Of a stretch of 64,000 bases of DNA, positions 14,621 to 27,346 are shown piece after piece. Source of the DNA: Octopus sinensis (taxonomy: Eukaryota); assembly GCF_006345805.1 (NCBI RefSeq), contig NC_043011.1, forward strand, positions 30,826,464-30,890,463, given 5' to 3'. A program made the translations under genes and the position numbers. How positions within the stretch are numbered: position 1 is the stretch's first letter; every line of letters starts with the position of its first letter. Under the pieces are notes generated by a model that was not told the origin of the DNA, ran no database searches, and saw nothing but the letters and a program-made list of their open reading frames with translations.

Positions 14621-14717
14621 TTGATGGTGGGAATTTATTTTTGTGTCGTATCCGTTATAGACTTACCCTCCAGTATAAAATAAAAAAAATTATGGGATAT
14701 TATGTTATATGGTGGAT

Positions 14718-14765
<48 letters not shown>

Positions 14766-16800
14766 ATTTTTTGGCTCAAACAGCAAAAAGCAAGGCCATG
14801 TAGGGGGACATGGAGTTATGTACAGGGTGGTGTTCATGTAAAGAGTTCAGGCCACTTGTGGTCAAGGGAGACTTTGAACAGAGCGGTCGTCGGCATCTTC
14901 ACTATCTCGTTCGGCAGCTTATTCCACGGATCCGCAACCCAGACGGAGAAAGCCCCTCTCCTTCGATTGAGATGAAATCGTCGCAGATAGAGCTTTTCGG
15001 AGTGACCCCGCAGCCGACGCTCTGGAGCAGGAGTGAAGAACAGCTCTTTTGAGAGGTTACACTTTCCGCTTATGATGTTGTGAGCAAGAATGAGACCACC
15101 ACGGCGTCGTCGTTTTTCTAGAGAATAAAGGTCGAGCGTCTTCAGCCTTTCTTCATAAGACAAATTCTTGAGGCCAAGAACCATGCGGGTAGCCAGCTTC
15201 TGGACTCTTTCGAGATGCTGTATGTCTTTGAGGAGATAAGGAGAAGAGGCTTGAATCCCGTACTCCAATATGGGTCTCACCAGCGTGACATAGAGCGGTA
15301 GGAATATGGCTGCTGTGAGCATTCCAAATGACCGTCGAATCAAGAACAGAACTCCGCGTGCTTTGTTGGCAGCATGGACGCACTGGGCCGAAGGCGAAAA
15401 GGAGGAATCCACCAAGATACCCAGGTCCTTTACCTGGTCGGTCCTCTCCAGCAGCAGACGACCCAGCTCGATATCAAGTTGAGATGAAGGAGGAGAGCCA
15501 ACGGGCAGATGACAGCACTTTCACACGTTCAGACATAGCTCGCATTCGTTAGACCATCTCCAAATTTGGTGCAGGCATCGACGAAGATCCTCTATATCAC
15601 CGCGAGGAGCGACCAGTTTGATATCATCGGCAAATAGAAGGGTGTGTTGCGTAAGGTCGTCGGGCAAGTCATTTACGAAGACTAAGAACAATAAGGGCCC
15701 AAGCACTGAACCTTGAGGCACGCCACTGCTCGCTCTGGAGACGTCGGACAGCGAACCATTAACTTGGACTTGGAAGGAGCGATCTGAGAGGAAGGCATCA
15801 ACCCATTGTACAATATCCGGATGGAAACTATATGCTTGAAGCTTGACAAGTAATAGGCGTTGGTTTACCGAGTCAAAAGCTTTGGCAAAGTCCAATAAAA
15901 CGATGTCAACAGCATCACCATCATCGAGGATGCGCGTCACCAATTCTTCCATTACCAGTAAGTTGGTCAAGCATGATCTCTTCGGCACGAAGCCGTGTTG
16001 AGAATCAGAGATAGAGGCTGTGTTTTGGAGGTGGAGCATCATACTTTTCTTAAGGGTGGTTTCGAACATCTTGCTGATTATTGAAGTAAGGGAAACCGGT
16101 CGGTAGTTAAGCAGGTCTTCACGGCTCCCTTTCTTGAAAATTGGGCAGATTATCGCTGTTCTCCAGTCCGCAGGTATAACACCCGTCGTCAATGACATTG
16201 AATAGACGAGTTAAAGGCACGGAGATGACCGGAGTCAACACTTTGATAACCCGTGGGTGTATGCCGTCAGGGCCGTGACCCTTGTTGACATCGAGGCCTT
16301 GAATAATGCGTTCGACTTCGTCCCGCGTGATGACCAAACGAAGCATTGGAGGTACCGATCTATCAAAGGAAGGGGGTTCACGACCATCATCTTGTTTGAA
16401 AATAATTGAAAAAGCCTCCGCAAATAACTGACTCTGTTGATAAGGATCCTCAATCGATATGCCTGTTGAGTCTACCAACGTTGCAATTTGGTTGTTCAAG
16501 CTGGAATTTCGTTGGACATGGGCAAAGAAGGTTTTTGGATTGCGACTGGCGTTTGCCGCGATTCTGTATTCATATCTGAAGCGTTCTTCCTTTTCAATTT
16601 TCACGGCTCGGTCTCGTTGAGTTTTGTACACCTCAAAAGTTGCAGTCGAATCTAGATTTTTGAATTCAGCCCAAGCAATATCTCTGAGTCGAAGTTCTTG
16701 TTTAACCTTCTTCGTCACTCAGGGCTTGTGTTTCTTCTTCTTGGGAAGCCCAACGGGAACTGCTTGGTCAGTCAACCAGATTACATATGCTTTGAGGGAC
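14718..16800 (-). mobile_element. 5'-truncated CR1-clade LINE (ORF2 RT, frameshifted) with (CTAA)n 3' tail
   Basis: ORFs 16119-16718, 15521-16198 and 14834-15415 contain IPADWRTAIICPIFKKG..NYRPVSLTS, SQHGF, DFAKAFDSV, SGVPQGSVLGPLLF, LFADDIKL, RPILEYG, LERVQKLATRMV and WNKLP. (TAGT)n at 14718-14765 is the 3' tail. Confidence 0.92.
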
Positions 16801-17910
16801 GACCATAGTTATATGCTATGTATTGTGTTATACGATGTGCTATATATAATGTTATCCCATGATAACCCCTGCCTAGTTAGTCTGACTTCATCTTATATTG
16901 GTGATTATACTATTTTCCTTTCTACTAGTTATATTATGTATATTTGTAGTGACTTTATGAACGTAAGTCTCCCTATGACTAAATCATATATTCCCTAGAA
17001 ACTATAAAACCATACATACAATAGCACCGGTAATAATACAGCTTATAAAACCTTTTTGATTTCAATACCAGTAACCTATTACCCCCTCTTTTCAGGTTAC
17101 CTTTATCATTTCCCTGTTTCTTTATATGTAGGTTATATATATTTCTTATTATTTTCTATAAATTCTCATTATTTTGTTTTCTTATTTTGGTTTCCTTGCT
17201 TATTAACCTCTTATCCCTTTTAAATTATTTCTCTTGTTCTTAAATTGATATTTTTCAGTTACTTAGATCTATGCAAGATACCTACACTCTATTCATATAA
17301 GCGTATAAATATTTGTGTATATGTATATAGGCATATATGCACATATATGTGTGTATGTATGTGTGTTTATGAGTGTGTGTACACATGTATATATATAAAA
17401 AAATCCCTCTTTGTACATGTATTTGTATGCATTATGTTACAATTTACACATACTTATAGCATCACATATTTTTCGAGTATTTTATTTTTATATACTTTAG
17501 AGTTTATAATTTTTGCTTAAATCTGTCCATGTATTACCATAATCTCAATATCCCGCTTCAGAATCATGGCTTAAAATTAATAGTTAGTATGTATATCTTT
17601 CCAGATATTCCATATGTAAGTGCCTTGAGCAGTCTTTATAGAAACCACCTAATAGTTAATTAATTAATTAATTAATTAACTAATTATTCACAAGAATGCT
17701 ATTAAACTGATTCTACGTAATCTTCCTTTTTAATGTTTATAATTGATACATACACTCCTTTTAGCTATTTTGGTTATGATATCATTTGAAATTCTTAAAT
17801 TTTGTTTTTATACAACATAACAATATTGTTTAAAATTTTCCCTATATTTGCATTTTAAGTTTCTTGGTGTCTTGCCTCTTTAACTGGTAATGAACATAAT
17901 GAACATTATG

Positions 17911-17951
<41 letters not shown>

Positions 17952-18925
17952 CAATGTGGGGAAGCAAAACTTGAAATATTTTGGAAGCCTTATTTTTCAT
18001 ATATTCCTGAGCGTAAATACTAATTTTTTTTTTCTATTTCAGGATGGAAGTATATAGAGTTATAGAGTTAATTTAAGCAGAAGTTCTAGTCAAACGATCT
18101 AACATGTCCACTTAAGAAGCCTAGAGACAACGCATTGCAAATTTGCTTCGTGCCAGGGCTGCAATAAGACGTATTTCTCAGACTGTTGGAGCCTTTGTGA
18201 GCCCTGTCTACAAAGTTAAGAACCGACTGCTGGATATCCAGAGAAAGCAAGGAAGTGGAGACATAAATAAAAAAAAAAACGGGATAATAAATTTCTTAAA
18301 TCTTTCATAGCCAAAATTTCGAAAGACCCAAGAACACCCATAAGAAAACTGTCCATGGACATGAAAGTTGATCCAAAGATCATCAGAAATACTGTACACA
18401 CAGATTTACATTTGAGGTCATACGTGAGGACCACGACACAGCTACTGACTCATACTATGAAAGCCAAAAGGCATGAAAGGGCAAAAAAAGTGTTGCGATA
18501 CCTGAGACACAATGAACAAACCGTCCAAATCTTTTCAGGTGAAAATATTTTTACCGTTGATGCTGTTTTAAAACGTCGCAATGATCAACACATTGCTAAG
18601 TCACCTTCTGAAGTAAAGGGCATCTTTAGGACCAAGCCCCCAGCTCAAGTCTTCATGCTGGGAGTCATGGCGTCTGATGGAAAAAAGATATCTCTCCATT
18701 TTTTCAAGTCTGGGGAAAATGTGAGGGCTGATGTTTATTATAAGGTCCTGTGGTGTAAGGTTTTACCTTGGCTGAAGTCTAACTACCCCAACGGTAATTA
18801 TGTGTGGACCCAAGATAGTTCTCCTGTTCATACGGCGAAGAAAGTGCATAAATTCTGGGAAGACAATTTCGCCGACTTTTGGCCTACCAACTTCTAGCTT
18901 TCTAGCTTTCTCCCTGGACTATGTC
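17952..18925 (+). mobile_element. Truncated Tc1/mariner-superfamily element, DD37D (maT/Bmmar1-like) transposase pseudogene
   Basis: Begins after TA with CAATGTGGGGAAGCAAAA. ORF 18355-18897 has IFSGENIFTVD (for FSDEK.FTVD), TKPPAQVFMLGVMASDGK and YVWTQDSSPVH, then a PLDY remnant. 3' end lost in (TG)n. Confidence 0.8.
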
Positions 18926-18936
18926 TGTGTATGCGT

Positions 18937-18968
<32 letters not shown>

Positions 18969-19139
18969 TTCTCTGTGGGTGTATATAAACATATGTATAT
19001 ATGTGTATATATGTAACGCGCGCGCGCGCGTGTGTGTGTGTGTATGTATGCGTGTGTGTGGGGGGGGGGAAATTCACAGAATGTAAAGAAAATGAGACGG
19101 TGCTTGGCGTTACAGTAGATAAAATGTTCTAAAAACACG

Positions 19140-19330
19140 GGTAACATATATATATAAGCACAAACAAACGGGATACATACACTTAAATCCTTCTTCAGTA
19201 ATTGTCCAAAGGAGCGCAACAAGGCGTGGAATTGCTGCGATCTTTTGGACGATAACTGAAGAGGAGTTGTCGATATTCTGTGTGTGCGTTTTACGCTTGT
19301 TCCGTTCGTTTGTGATTACATATATTACAA
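19140..19330. repeat. Imperfect inverted repeat with central 30-bp-stem hairpin
   Basis: Arms 19193-19222 and 19232-19261 around a 9-nt loop; weaker inverted similarity continues outward (CCGTTYGTTTGTG). Confidence 0.75.
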
Positions 19331-19371
19331 GTGTTTTTTGAACACACACACACGCGCACACACACACACAC

Positions 19372-19403
<32 letters not shown>

Positions 19404-19428
19404 ACTCTGTCTCTCTCTCTCTCTCTCT

Positions 19429-19638
19429 TACTCTTTTACTTGTTTCAGTCATTTAACTGCGGCCATGCTGGAGCACTGTCGTTAGTCGAGCAAATTGACC
19501 CCAGGACTTATTCTTTGTATGCCTAGTACTTATTCTATCGGTCTCTTTTGCTGCACCGCTAAGCTACGGGGACGTAAACACATCACCATCGGTTGTCGGG
19601 CGATGTTCGGGGGGACAAACACAGACACACAAACATAT

Positions 19639-19692
<54 letters not shown>

Positions 19693-19849
19693 GACAGGCT
19701 TCTTTCAATTTCCGTCTACCAAATCCACCCACAAGGCTTTGGTCGGCCCGAAGCAATAGTAGAAGATACTTGCCCAAGGTGCCACGCAGTGGGAATGAGG
19801 CCCAGAACCATGTGGTTGATTAGCAAGCTGCTTACCACATGCCCACTCC

Positions 19850-19852
<3 letters not shown>
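19429..19852 (-). mobile_element. tRNA-derived SINE family 1, full length
   Basis: Same consensus as 7416-7817. Confidence 0.85.
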
Positions 19853-19909
<57 letters not shown>

Positions 19910-20483
19910 TGTGTGTGTGTGAATATATGTTTGTGGGGGGGTGGCGCGGCTATGTGTGTGTTTTTCAATTACGTATTGACGTCATACAGCTAACTAATAT
20001 GTTGCGAAAAAGTTCTCTGATATAAGAAATATCACTTCAGATTAGATAAGTAATATTTTCACAACTGCTATATTTTCACTATACTCATATCATTCAAATC
20101 ACATCACACTCACCATTCTGGGGGGAAAAGAAATGACGAAATGCAATAAATTCAAGAAAATAACTTGTGTATAGTTGTAATTATTATGGTTTTATGAATT
20201 TGTTGTAGAAACTGAAATAGGCACTTTCACATGAACGAATTCTATCGGCCGTCTATAAGTTTCAATGTTCAATTACTTAAGGAATTTTAGTAAGTTGTAA
20301 CCTTATGAGGAAGTAATGATAAATATGTTAATTTTATAGCAGTGTAGTTAAGAAGCTTACTTCGAAACCGCGTGGCTTCGTGTTCAGTCCCTCTGCACGA
20401 CACATTGAGCGAGTGTTTTCTAGTATAGTTCTGGGTAGATCAATACCTTGTAAGTGAATTTGGTGGGTGGAAACTTTATGGGA

Positions 20484-21025
20484 GTCCGCAGAATCGTTAG
20501 CACGCCAGGTGAAATCTTAGCGGTATTTCGTCTGCCGTTACGTTCTGAGTTCAAATTCCGCCGAGGTCGACTTTGCCTTTCATCCTTTCGGGTTCGATAA
20601 ATTAAGTACCAGTTACGCACTGGGGTCAGTGTAATAGACTTAATCCGTTTGTCTGTCTTTGTTTGTTCCCTCTGTGTTTAGCCCCTTGTGGATAATAAAG
20701 AAATAGGTATTTCGTCTGCCGTTACGTTCTGAGTTCAAGTTCCACCGAGGTCGGCTTTGCCTTTCATCCTTTCGGGGTCGATTAAATAAGTACCAGTTAC
20801 GCATTGGGGTCGATATGATCAACTTAATCCGTTTGTCTGTCCTTGTTTGTCCTCTCTGTGTTTAGCCCCTTGTGGGTAGTAAAGAAATAGGTATTTCGTC
20901 CGTCTTCAGGTTCTGGGTTCAAATTCCGTCGAGGTCTAACTTAGCCTTTCATCCCTTCAGGATCGATAAAATAAGTACCTGCCGAGCACTGGGGTCGATG
21001 TAATCGACTTACCTCCTCCCACGAA
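20484..21025 (+). mobile_element. tRNA-derived SINE family 2, head-to-tail trimer (~185-bp period)
   Basis: Units restart at GGTATTTCGTC near 20521, 20707 and 20890; each has TTCTG.GTTCAA.TTCC and GTCGACTTTGCCTTTCATCCTTTCGGGG. Confidence 0.85.
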
Positions 21026-21028
21026 TAT

Positions 21029-21460
21029 TTTGTTCTCATAACAATATACTCATCAATTGGGAAACGTATTTTGCACATTTTCAGAGCAAAAGTAAGAAGA
21101 CATAGTTCTGGATTTATCAACTCTCCAAAAATTTACACTATCTGATGAGGGGAATAGTGATGGTAGTTCTTCAAAGAAACGAGTGCTCTCTACTTATATT
21201 TGCAGAATACACACAATACAACCATATAGGACTAATTTAATTCTGTTCACTATCACTTTGATCTGGACCAGAAGATTTTTCCTTTTTTCATTTTACATTT
21301 CGGTGCAATATTTTGAAGGATATAATTTTAAAATTTTAATGACACTCTTAAGTCTTACCGAACCAGCAATAGACAAGATGTCGACGAATTCTTTTTATCT
21401 CAAGTGAGCTGTTAATCCATATATCTAGGGACTTTTCAGTTGACAATCCCTCATTGAACT
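21029..21460 (+). pseudogene. GPCR pseudogene fragment (end TM5-ICL3-TM6-TM7), divergent paralog of GPCR1/2
   Basis: FVLITIYSSIGKRILHIFRAK (cf. VIYLLIGMRIWKIYKAK), RTNLILFTITLIW (cf. SSLIFFIITLVW), NSFYLK*AVNPYI*GLFS* (cf. YSFYLSPALHPYIYGLFSR). Downstream 21490-21960 also resembles the GPCR1 3' flank. 5' half absent, abutting a SINE. Confidence 0.8.
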
Positions 21461-22277
21461 AACGGAACCAAAGGATTTTATTTCATGACATATTAAAATT
21501 ATGTACTTAACAAGATATCGGACTTCATTCAAGTCGTTTCACAAGTGGTACTTATTACCTTAAATTAAGCTACAAGCTCTTCCCAGTCTGAAATACTTGA
21601 ACAAAAAGTACTTTAGCGACTAGGATATATGTTTAAATTCCTTCATATGAAACTACTTCTAATAAAGAGACAAACGACTAAACGTTGTCATATTAAAACA
21701 AATAAAAAGAATGTTCAGAATGAGTAACTACGCGGATCTAATCAAAGTGTGTTTGGTGAGTATCGAATATCTACAAAGTATACTGAATCAAACAGTAGAC
21801 TTTATTTGTGCCCATGACAATTGCAGCAATGAAACCAGTCAATAAGGAACTCTCTATACAAGAAATAGCAGCCAAATTGTTTTCGAATCGCACTCTACCT
21901 ACTTTAAAAAGAAAGGACACATCTGGTAATGAAGTTCCATATCGTTTCATGGCTTCTTCTGATGAAGTTTGATACTAGTAACCTTTGTTGGGCCTTGTGG
22001 AAAAGGAGAGAACAGGCTTTAAGTTTCTTCGCAATTGAAGTAAATGATACATCGAATTATTTTTGCAATTGAGATTTTATATTTGACTAGACGATTTACC
22101 GCAAATATGTCAACCTATTTTGGCGTATGAATATTCCTGCAGCTCTTCTATTATATAGTTTTCCTATACGTTTAGTAGATTTCTTTGGTGTTTATGATAT
22201 AGTTTTTCTTTCTTTTTTTGTTTTCTTTTTTGCTTTTTGCTTGTACATAGCAATTTTCAGACCATTAATCATAACAC

Positions 22278-22412
22278 AATCCACTCACAAGGCTTTGGTC
22301 AGCCCGAGGCTATAGTAGAAGACACTTGTCCAAGGTGCCACGCAGTCGGACTGAACCCGGAACCATGTGGTTGGTAAACAAGCTACTTACCATACAGCCA
22401 CTCCGGTGCCTA
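22278..22412 (-). mobile_element. SINE family 1, 5' half
   Basis: Matches the tRNA-like head of family 1. Confidence 0.8.
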
Positions 22413-22414
22413 TA

Positions 22415-22465
<51 letters not shown>

Positions 22466-22512
22466 TAAATGACTGATACGGAAGACGGAGTGTAACAAGA
22501 AGCTTTATTTCG

Positions 22513-22615
22513 CACAACAATCGTTTCGCCTGCCTTCTGTACTATTCCCTAGTAGGTGGAGAGCGATGTAATTACATCAGATGCATCTTGCAGTGCAAAA
22601 GAGCCTCATCAGGTG
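22513..22615 (-). ncRNA. Type I minimal hammerhead-like motif with long stem II insert (PLE terminal-repeat remnant)
   Basis: Reverse complement: CAC-CTGATGA-G...(long)...AGGC-GAAAC-GATT-GT-T-GTG; stem I CAC/GTG. Followed by CGAAATAAAGC and (TA)n. Confidence 0.5.
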
Positions 22616-23074
22616 AGGTAATAGGCTTCAAAAGTTATAAGATTTACATTCCGCTCCAAGCTAGATGGTGCTATTATATATACATACACGACGGGCTTCC
22701 ACACAGTTTCCTTCTTCTAAATTCACTCACAAGATATTAGTCGGCCCGGAGCTATAATCGAAGACAAGAGCCCATGATGCATCGCAATGGAACTGAATCC
22801 GAAGTCACATGGTCGTAAAGCGAGGTTCATAGCCATACAGGTATGCCTACACACTTAGCAGTTGAAACATTTCAAGGTTTTCTTCTGCCGCATGATTTTT
22901 TCCAAGGATTTAGTCTTGTGTCGCATCTAAAAAATCTGTGATGCAGTTCTTGAGAGTGGGTTTCATTATGACTTGAAATATTTAGATCTTCTTCTTCATC
23001 AATATGCCTCAGTAGCATTTTTAACATTTCGGAATTAATGGCAAAGAGGAGAGTTAATTTTAGAGATGAGTGAC

Positions 23075-23435
23075 AGAGAGAGAGAAAGTAAGAGAGAAAG
23101 AGAGACAGACAGATAGACAGAGAGAGAGAGAGAGTAAGAACTATGCACAAAAAACTTTTTTATGCCATTATCAAAATATACGTGAGTAAGGAAAGGGTTG
23201 GGAGAAGAAGGAAGAAGAGGAGGGGAAGGAGGGAGAGGAGGGGAAGGAGGGAGAGGAGGGGAAGGAGGGAGAGGAGGGGAAGGAGGGAGAGGAGTGGAAG
23301 GAGGGAGAGGAGGGGGAGAGGATTGAGAGAAAGAGAGGAGGAGGAGGAGAAGGAGGAGGAGAGGAGAAGGAGAAGGAGAAGAAGAAGAGAAGAAGAAGAA
23401 GAAGAAGAAGAAGGAGGAGGAGGAGGAGGAGGGAT
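23075..23435. repeat. Polypurine tract: (GA)n, 18-bp GAGAGGAGGGGAAGGAGG units, (GAA)n, (GGA)n
   Basis: Direct inspection; explains the spurious Pro-rich and Arg/Glu-rich ORFs. Confidence 0.9.
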
Positions 23436-24028
23436 GACTACAACACAAGCGGAGACAGAGGCGAGGAAATCAATATTTCTTCAGTAAAAGACAAAGAAAA
23501 GCATGACAGACATGACAGAATTAGTAAATTTAGATCCCTGTCTACTTTTAGAAAAAGTAATCTTTACAAGGAATATTTGAGTGTTAATTTAAGTACATAT
23601 TTCAATTTACAAGATGTATTTGTAAATATAAACATTTCCGGACATTCACACACATGCCTACACATATGCTTATACACACAAATAGTCAGTTGTAAGTACT
23701 TGCAGATGATGTTTTGAAGAATATATTGTTATTAACATACTTAAGGTATATGAGTGTTAATACTTAGACTTAAACTGGATGTTAATTGAATCATATCCTG
23801 TTTTGTACCAGGATATTTTATGGATAAAGGAGGGGTTTTGTGTTCGTGTTTAAGAATTACATCTGATGTATGTTGTATGAAGGGGGTGTTTGGTAAGGTT
23901 AGTAGTGTTAGGAATAACTTTTATATTTTGTTTAAGCTATTTGAATATGGCCATGTTGGGGCAACGGCTTGATGAGTTTGGCTGAGCAAAGTAACCCAGT
24001 ACTTATTAGTTTCATTATTACAATTCTT

Positions 24029-24063
<35 letters not shown>

Positions 24064-24249
24064 TTATCTATTTTTGAAATCTGTTTACCAGTTTTTTGCT
24101 GAACCGCTAGGTTATGGGTTCGTTAAACAAGCCAACAATGTTTGTCAAGCAGAGAAGCGGGGACAAAAACACAAACACAAGCACCACACACACACATGCA
24201 CACACTCACACATACCAATCACAAACACTTATGTATATACATATATAGC

Positions 24250-24350
24250 ATACGAGGTGGTATCAAAAAGATCCCTGAGACTAGTTATGTTTAATAAGAA
24301 AAATAACTTATTTACCTAAGCTTTAACATCATCATCTTCGAAATAGAACT
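24250..24350 (+). mobile_element. Mariner-like terminal inverted repeat fragment
   Basis: TACGAGGTGGTATCAAAAAG resembles mariner TIR starts (cf. TACGAGGGGCGTTC at 61538). No matching second end seen. Confidence 0.35.
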
Positions 24351-24515
24351 CTTGATTGACGGTCTGGCCCCGGAGGACGAATTCTCGATGAACATATATG
24401 TATATGTATGTGTTAATCGTAGTCTGCCTGATTTGAACCTTTTCTATTGTATCTATTATACATATGTCAGGTGCATCGGGTTCGACTTCTACGCTATCTG
24501 TTTTTCGAAAGATTT

Positions 24516-24541
24516 AATTATATATATATATATTATATATA

Positions 24542-24588
<47 letters not shown>

Positions 24589-24737
24589 CGTATATTTGTA
24601 TGTGTATGTGTGTATGTATACATGTATATATATATTGTGTATACATACACACACATATATACATACATGCATACATAAATACATACATACATATATACAT
24701 ACATATATATATATATATTATATATATATATATTATA

Positions 24738-24827
<90 letters not shown>

Positions 24828-24850
24828 CATACATATATATATATATATTT
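24516..24850. repeat. (TA)n/(TACA)n microsatellite field
   Basis: Direct inspection. Confidence 0.95.
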
Positions 24851-24888
24851 ACTTCAGAAATTCCCTCGTTTCGTGGAATATATAACAA

Positions 24889-25305
24889 ATGCGCAGGAGT
24901 GGCTGTGTGGTAAGTAGCTTGTGGTAAGTAGCTTGTCTACCAACCACATGGTTCCGGGTTCAGTCCCACTGCGTGGCACCTTGGGCAAGTGTCTTCTACT
25001 ATAGCCTCGGGCCGACCAAAGCCTTGTGAGTGGATTTGGTAGACGGAAACTGAAAGAAGCCCGTCGTATATATGTATATATATGCGTGTGTGTGTTTGTG
25101 TGTTTGCTTGTCCCCTAACATTGCTTGACAACCGATGCTGGTGTATTTATGTCCCCGTTACTTAGCGGTTCGGCAAAAGAGACCGATAGAATAAGTACTG
25201 GGCTTACAAAAGAATAAGTCCCGGGGTCGAGTTGCTCGATTAAAGGCGGTGCTCCAGCATGGCCGCAGTCAAATGACTGAAACAAGTAAAAGAGTAAAAA
25301 GAGTA
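24889..25305 (+). mobile_element. tRNA-derived SINE family 1, full length
   Basis: GCGCAGGAGTGGCTGTGTGGTAAG head (short internal duplication), GGGTTCAGTCCC B-box-like motif, internal (TA/TG)n, GAAACAAGTAAAAGAGTAAAAAGAG tail. Confidence 0.9.
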
Positions 25306-25865
25306 AATGAAAGAAAGAGAAAATGGAATTCACTAGATTCTTTATTAATAAAGAATCTCGTAAATTCCATCTTCACGAAAGTAAGCTTATTACGTACCCA
25401 TCTATTACAGTAGACAAAGAAACCTTCCAGAACAGCAACATAAACTTTGATCTAATTAAATAGAATCCTGACTTCGACCAGCAACCAGTGTGAAACTGAA
25501 GTCAACTACACAAGTTTGCAAACAGATCACTTACCCCTGAAACCTAACTAATCGACAACTAACTAAATTCAGTTCACTTCGAGCCAAGATTGTTGAAAGA
25601 TGCTGGACGAAGCTGCATAGAAAACTAAGTTTTTGAAATCAGCAAATCTTGGTTTCATGTTCTTCAGTATGTCATCCAAAATTACACCAAAAATTCCTAT
25701 TCTTTATTCTTTAAGTGAACCTTTCGTATGAGATTTTGACTTAGTTAAGTATTTTCTCTGCAAAATTCTTCAAACTTTACATACAAATCCTTGAAACTTT
25801 TGTGTAGATTCTCAAATAAATTCATTGTTCCATTAATCCCCACTATGCAGTATGAAATGTCTATC

Positions 25866-26172
25866 ATTCTACTATAGCCTCGGGCCGACCAAAGCCTTGT
25901 GAGTGGATTTGGTAGACGGAAACTGAAAGAAGCTCGTCGTCTATATGTATGTGTGTGTATATGTTTGTGTGTCTGTGTTTTTCCCCCCAACATCACTTGA
26001 CAACCGATACTGGTGTGTTTGCGTTCACGTAACTTAGCGGTTCGGCAAAAGAGACCAATAAAATAAGTACTAGGCTTCCAAAGAATAAGTCCTGGGGTCA
26101 ATTTGCGCGACTAAAGGCGGTTTTCCAACATGGCCACAATCAAGTGACTGAAACAAGTAAAAGAGTAAAGAG

Positions 26173-26175
<3 letters not shown>
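25866..26175 (+). mobile_element. SINE family 1, 5'-truncated
   Basis: Starts at TTCTACTATAGCCTCGGG and runs to the tail. Confidence 0.85.
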
Positions 26176-26210
<35 letters not shown>

Positions 26211-26464
26211 TACGTGTGTGTGTGTGTGTAGTGTAACTACGGTGTGTTTCTCTTCTTTTAAGATGGATAGCCCTATGTCTCTATAGACCTCTCCCTATCT
26301 GTGAAAAATCCTTACTCATGCAGAATGAAGCATATATCCCTACTAGATCAGTGTCCCACAGATGGGTGGGAAAGAAAGATAGAAGTACATATACTGAACT
26401 CCCTAACAACATCCCCTTTTTCTTAACTAACCTAGTATATATTAGTTTTCCTTTCCACTGTAAA

Positions 26465-26806
26465 GGGTAAAGACCCCCTTCGGTCATGAATGACCATGGG
26501 ATTGCACCTAGAAAGTTACCCTCCTAGACACAAGTCCGGGCAAGGTTGTTTATGGAAGACCAGCAGTCGCCCATGCATACCAGCCTCCCCTCTCTACACC
26601 ACCAGTGTTATCCAAGGGAAAGACAAAGGTCGATACAGCTTGGCACCAGTGACGTCGCAACTCATTTCTACAGCTGAGTGAACTGGAGCAACGTGAAATA
26701 AAGTGCTTTGCTCAAGAACACAACACGCAGCCCGGTCCGGGATTCGAGCTCACAACCTCACGATCGTAAGCTCGACGCTCTAACCACTGAACCATGCGCC
26801 TTCACA
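26465..26806 (-). mobile_element. tRNA-derived SINE family 4 (CORE-like centre)
   Basis: Reverse complement: A box TGGTTCAGTGG, B-box-like GCTCGAATCCC, then TTGAGCAAAGCACTTTATTTCACGTTGCTCCAGTTCACTCAGCTGTAGAAATG. Confidence 0.75.
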
Positions 26807-26984
26807 TTACTTTCCACTACCCAGTATAATAAATACCACAGCCACGAAATTATCTGAATAACTAAGAACATAACTTGTAACTGGACCACTCTAAAATATA
26901 ATACATTACAAGAACTACACTTTGTTTATGCAGGTTGAGGGACCAGGCACAAGTATCTACATTGGTTGCATGTAAATCAGGCAT

Positions 26985-27145
26985 ATGAGTGACTGTGCGG
27001 TAAGTAACTTGCTTACGAAGCACATGGTTCCGGGTCCAGTCCCACGGCGTGGCACCTTGGTCTACTACTATAGCCTCGGGCCGACCAAAGCCTTGTGAAT
27101 GGATTTGGTAGACGGAAACTGAAAGAAGCCCGTCGTATATATGTA
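26985..27145 (+). mobile_element. SINE family 1, 5' half
   Basis: Head and body match family 1. Confidence 0.8.
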
Positions 27146-27346
27146 TATTTATATGTGTGTGTGTGTGTGTCAGTGTATGTGTGTGTGTGTATATATATAT
27201 ATATTATATATATATACACACACACATACACTGACACACACACACACATACACTGACACACACACACTTATATTTGAACACTATACAAATATTCCTTTAA
27301 AAAAACTTTTCTTCTAATTTTTCTAAATTTAATTATTTAATCGTTA

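Noticed and set aside
21958-21990. CTGATGA hammerhead core
   Set aside because: No stem II or GAAA follows.
23035-23487. Pro-rich and Arg/Glu-rich ORFs
   Set aside because: These are translations of the polypurine tract.
25320-25860. Possible hAT transposase C-terminal remnant
   Set aside because: Only vague similarity; the ERSFS motif was not recovered.
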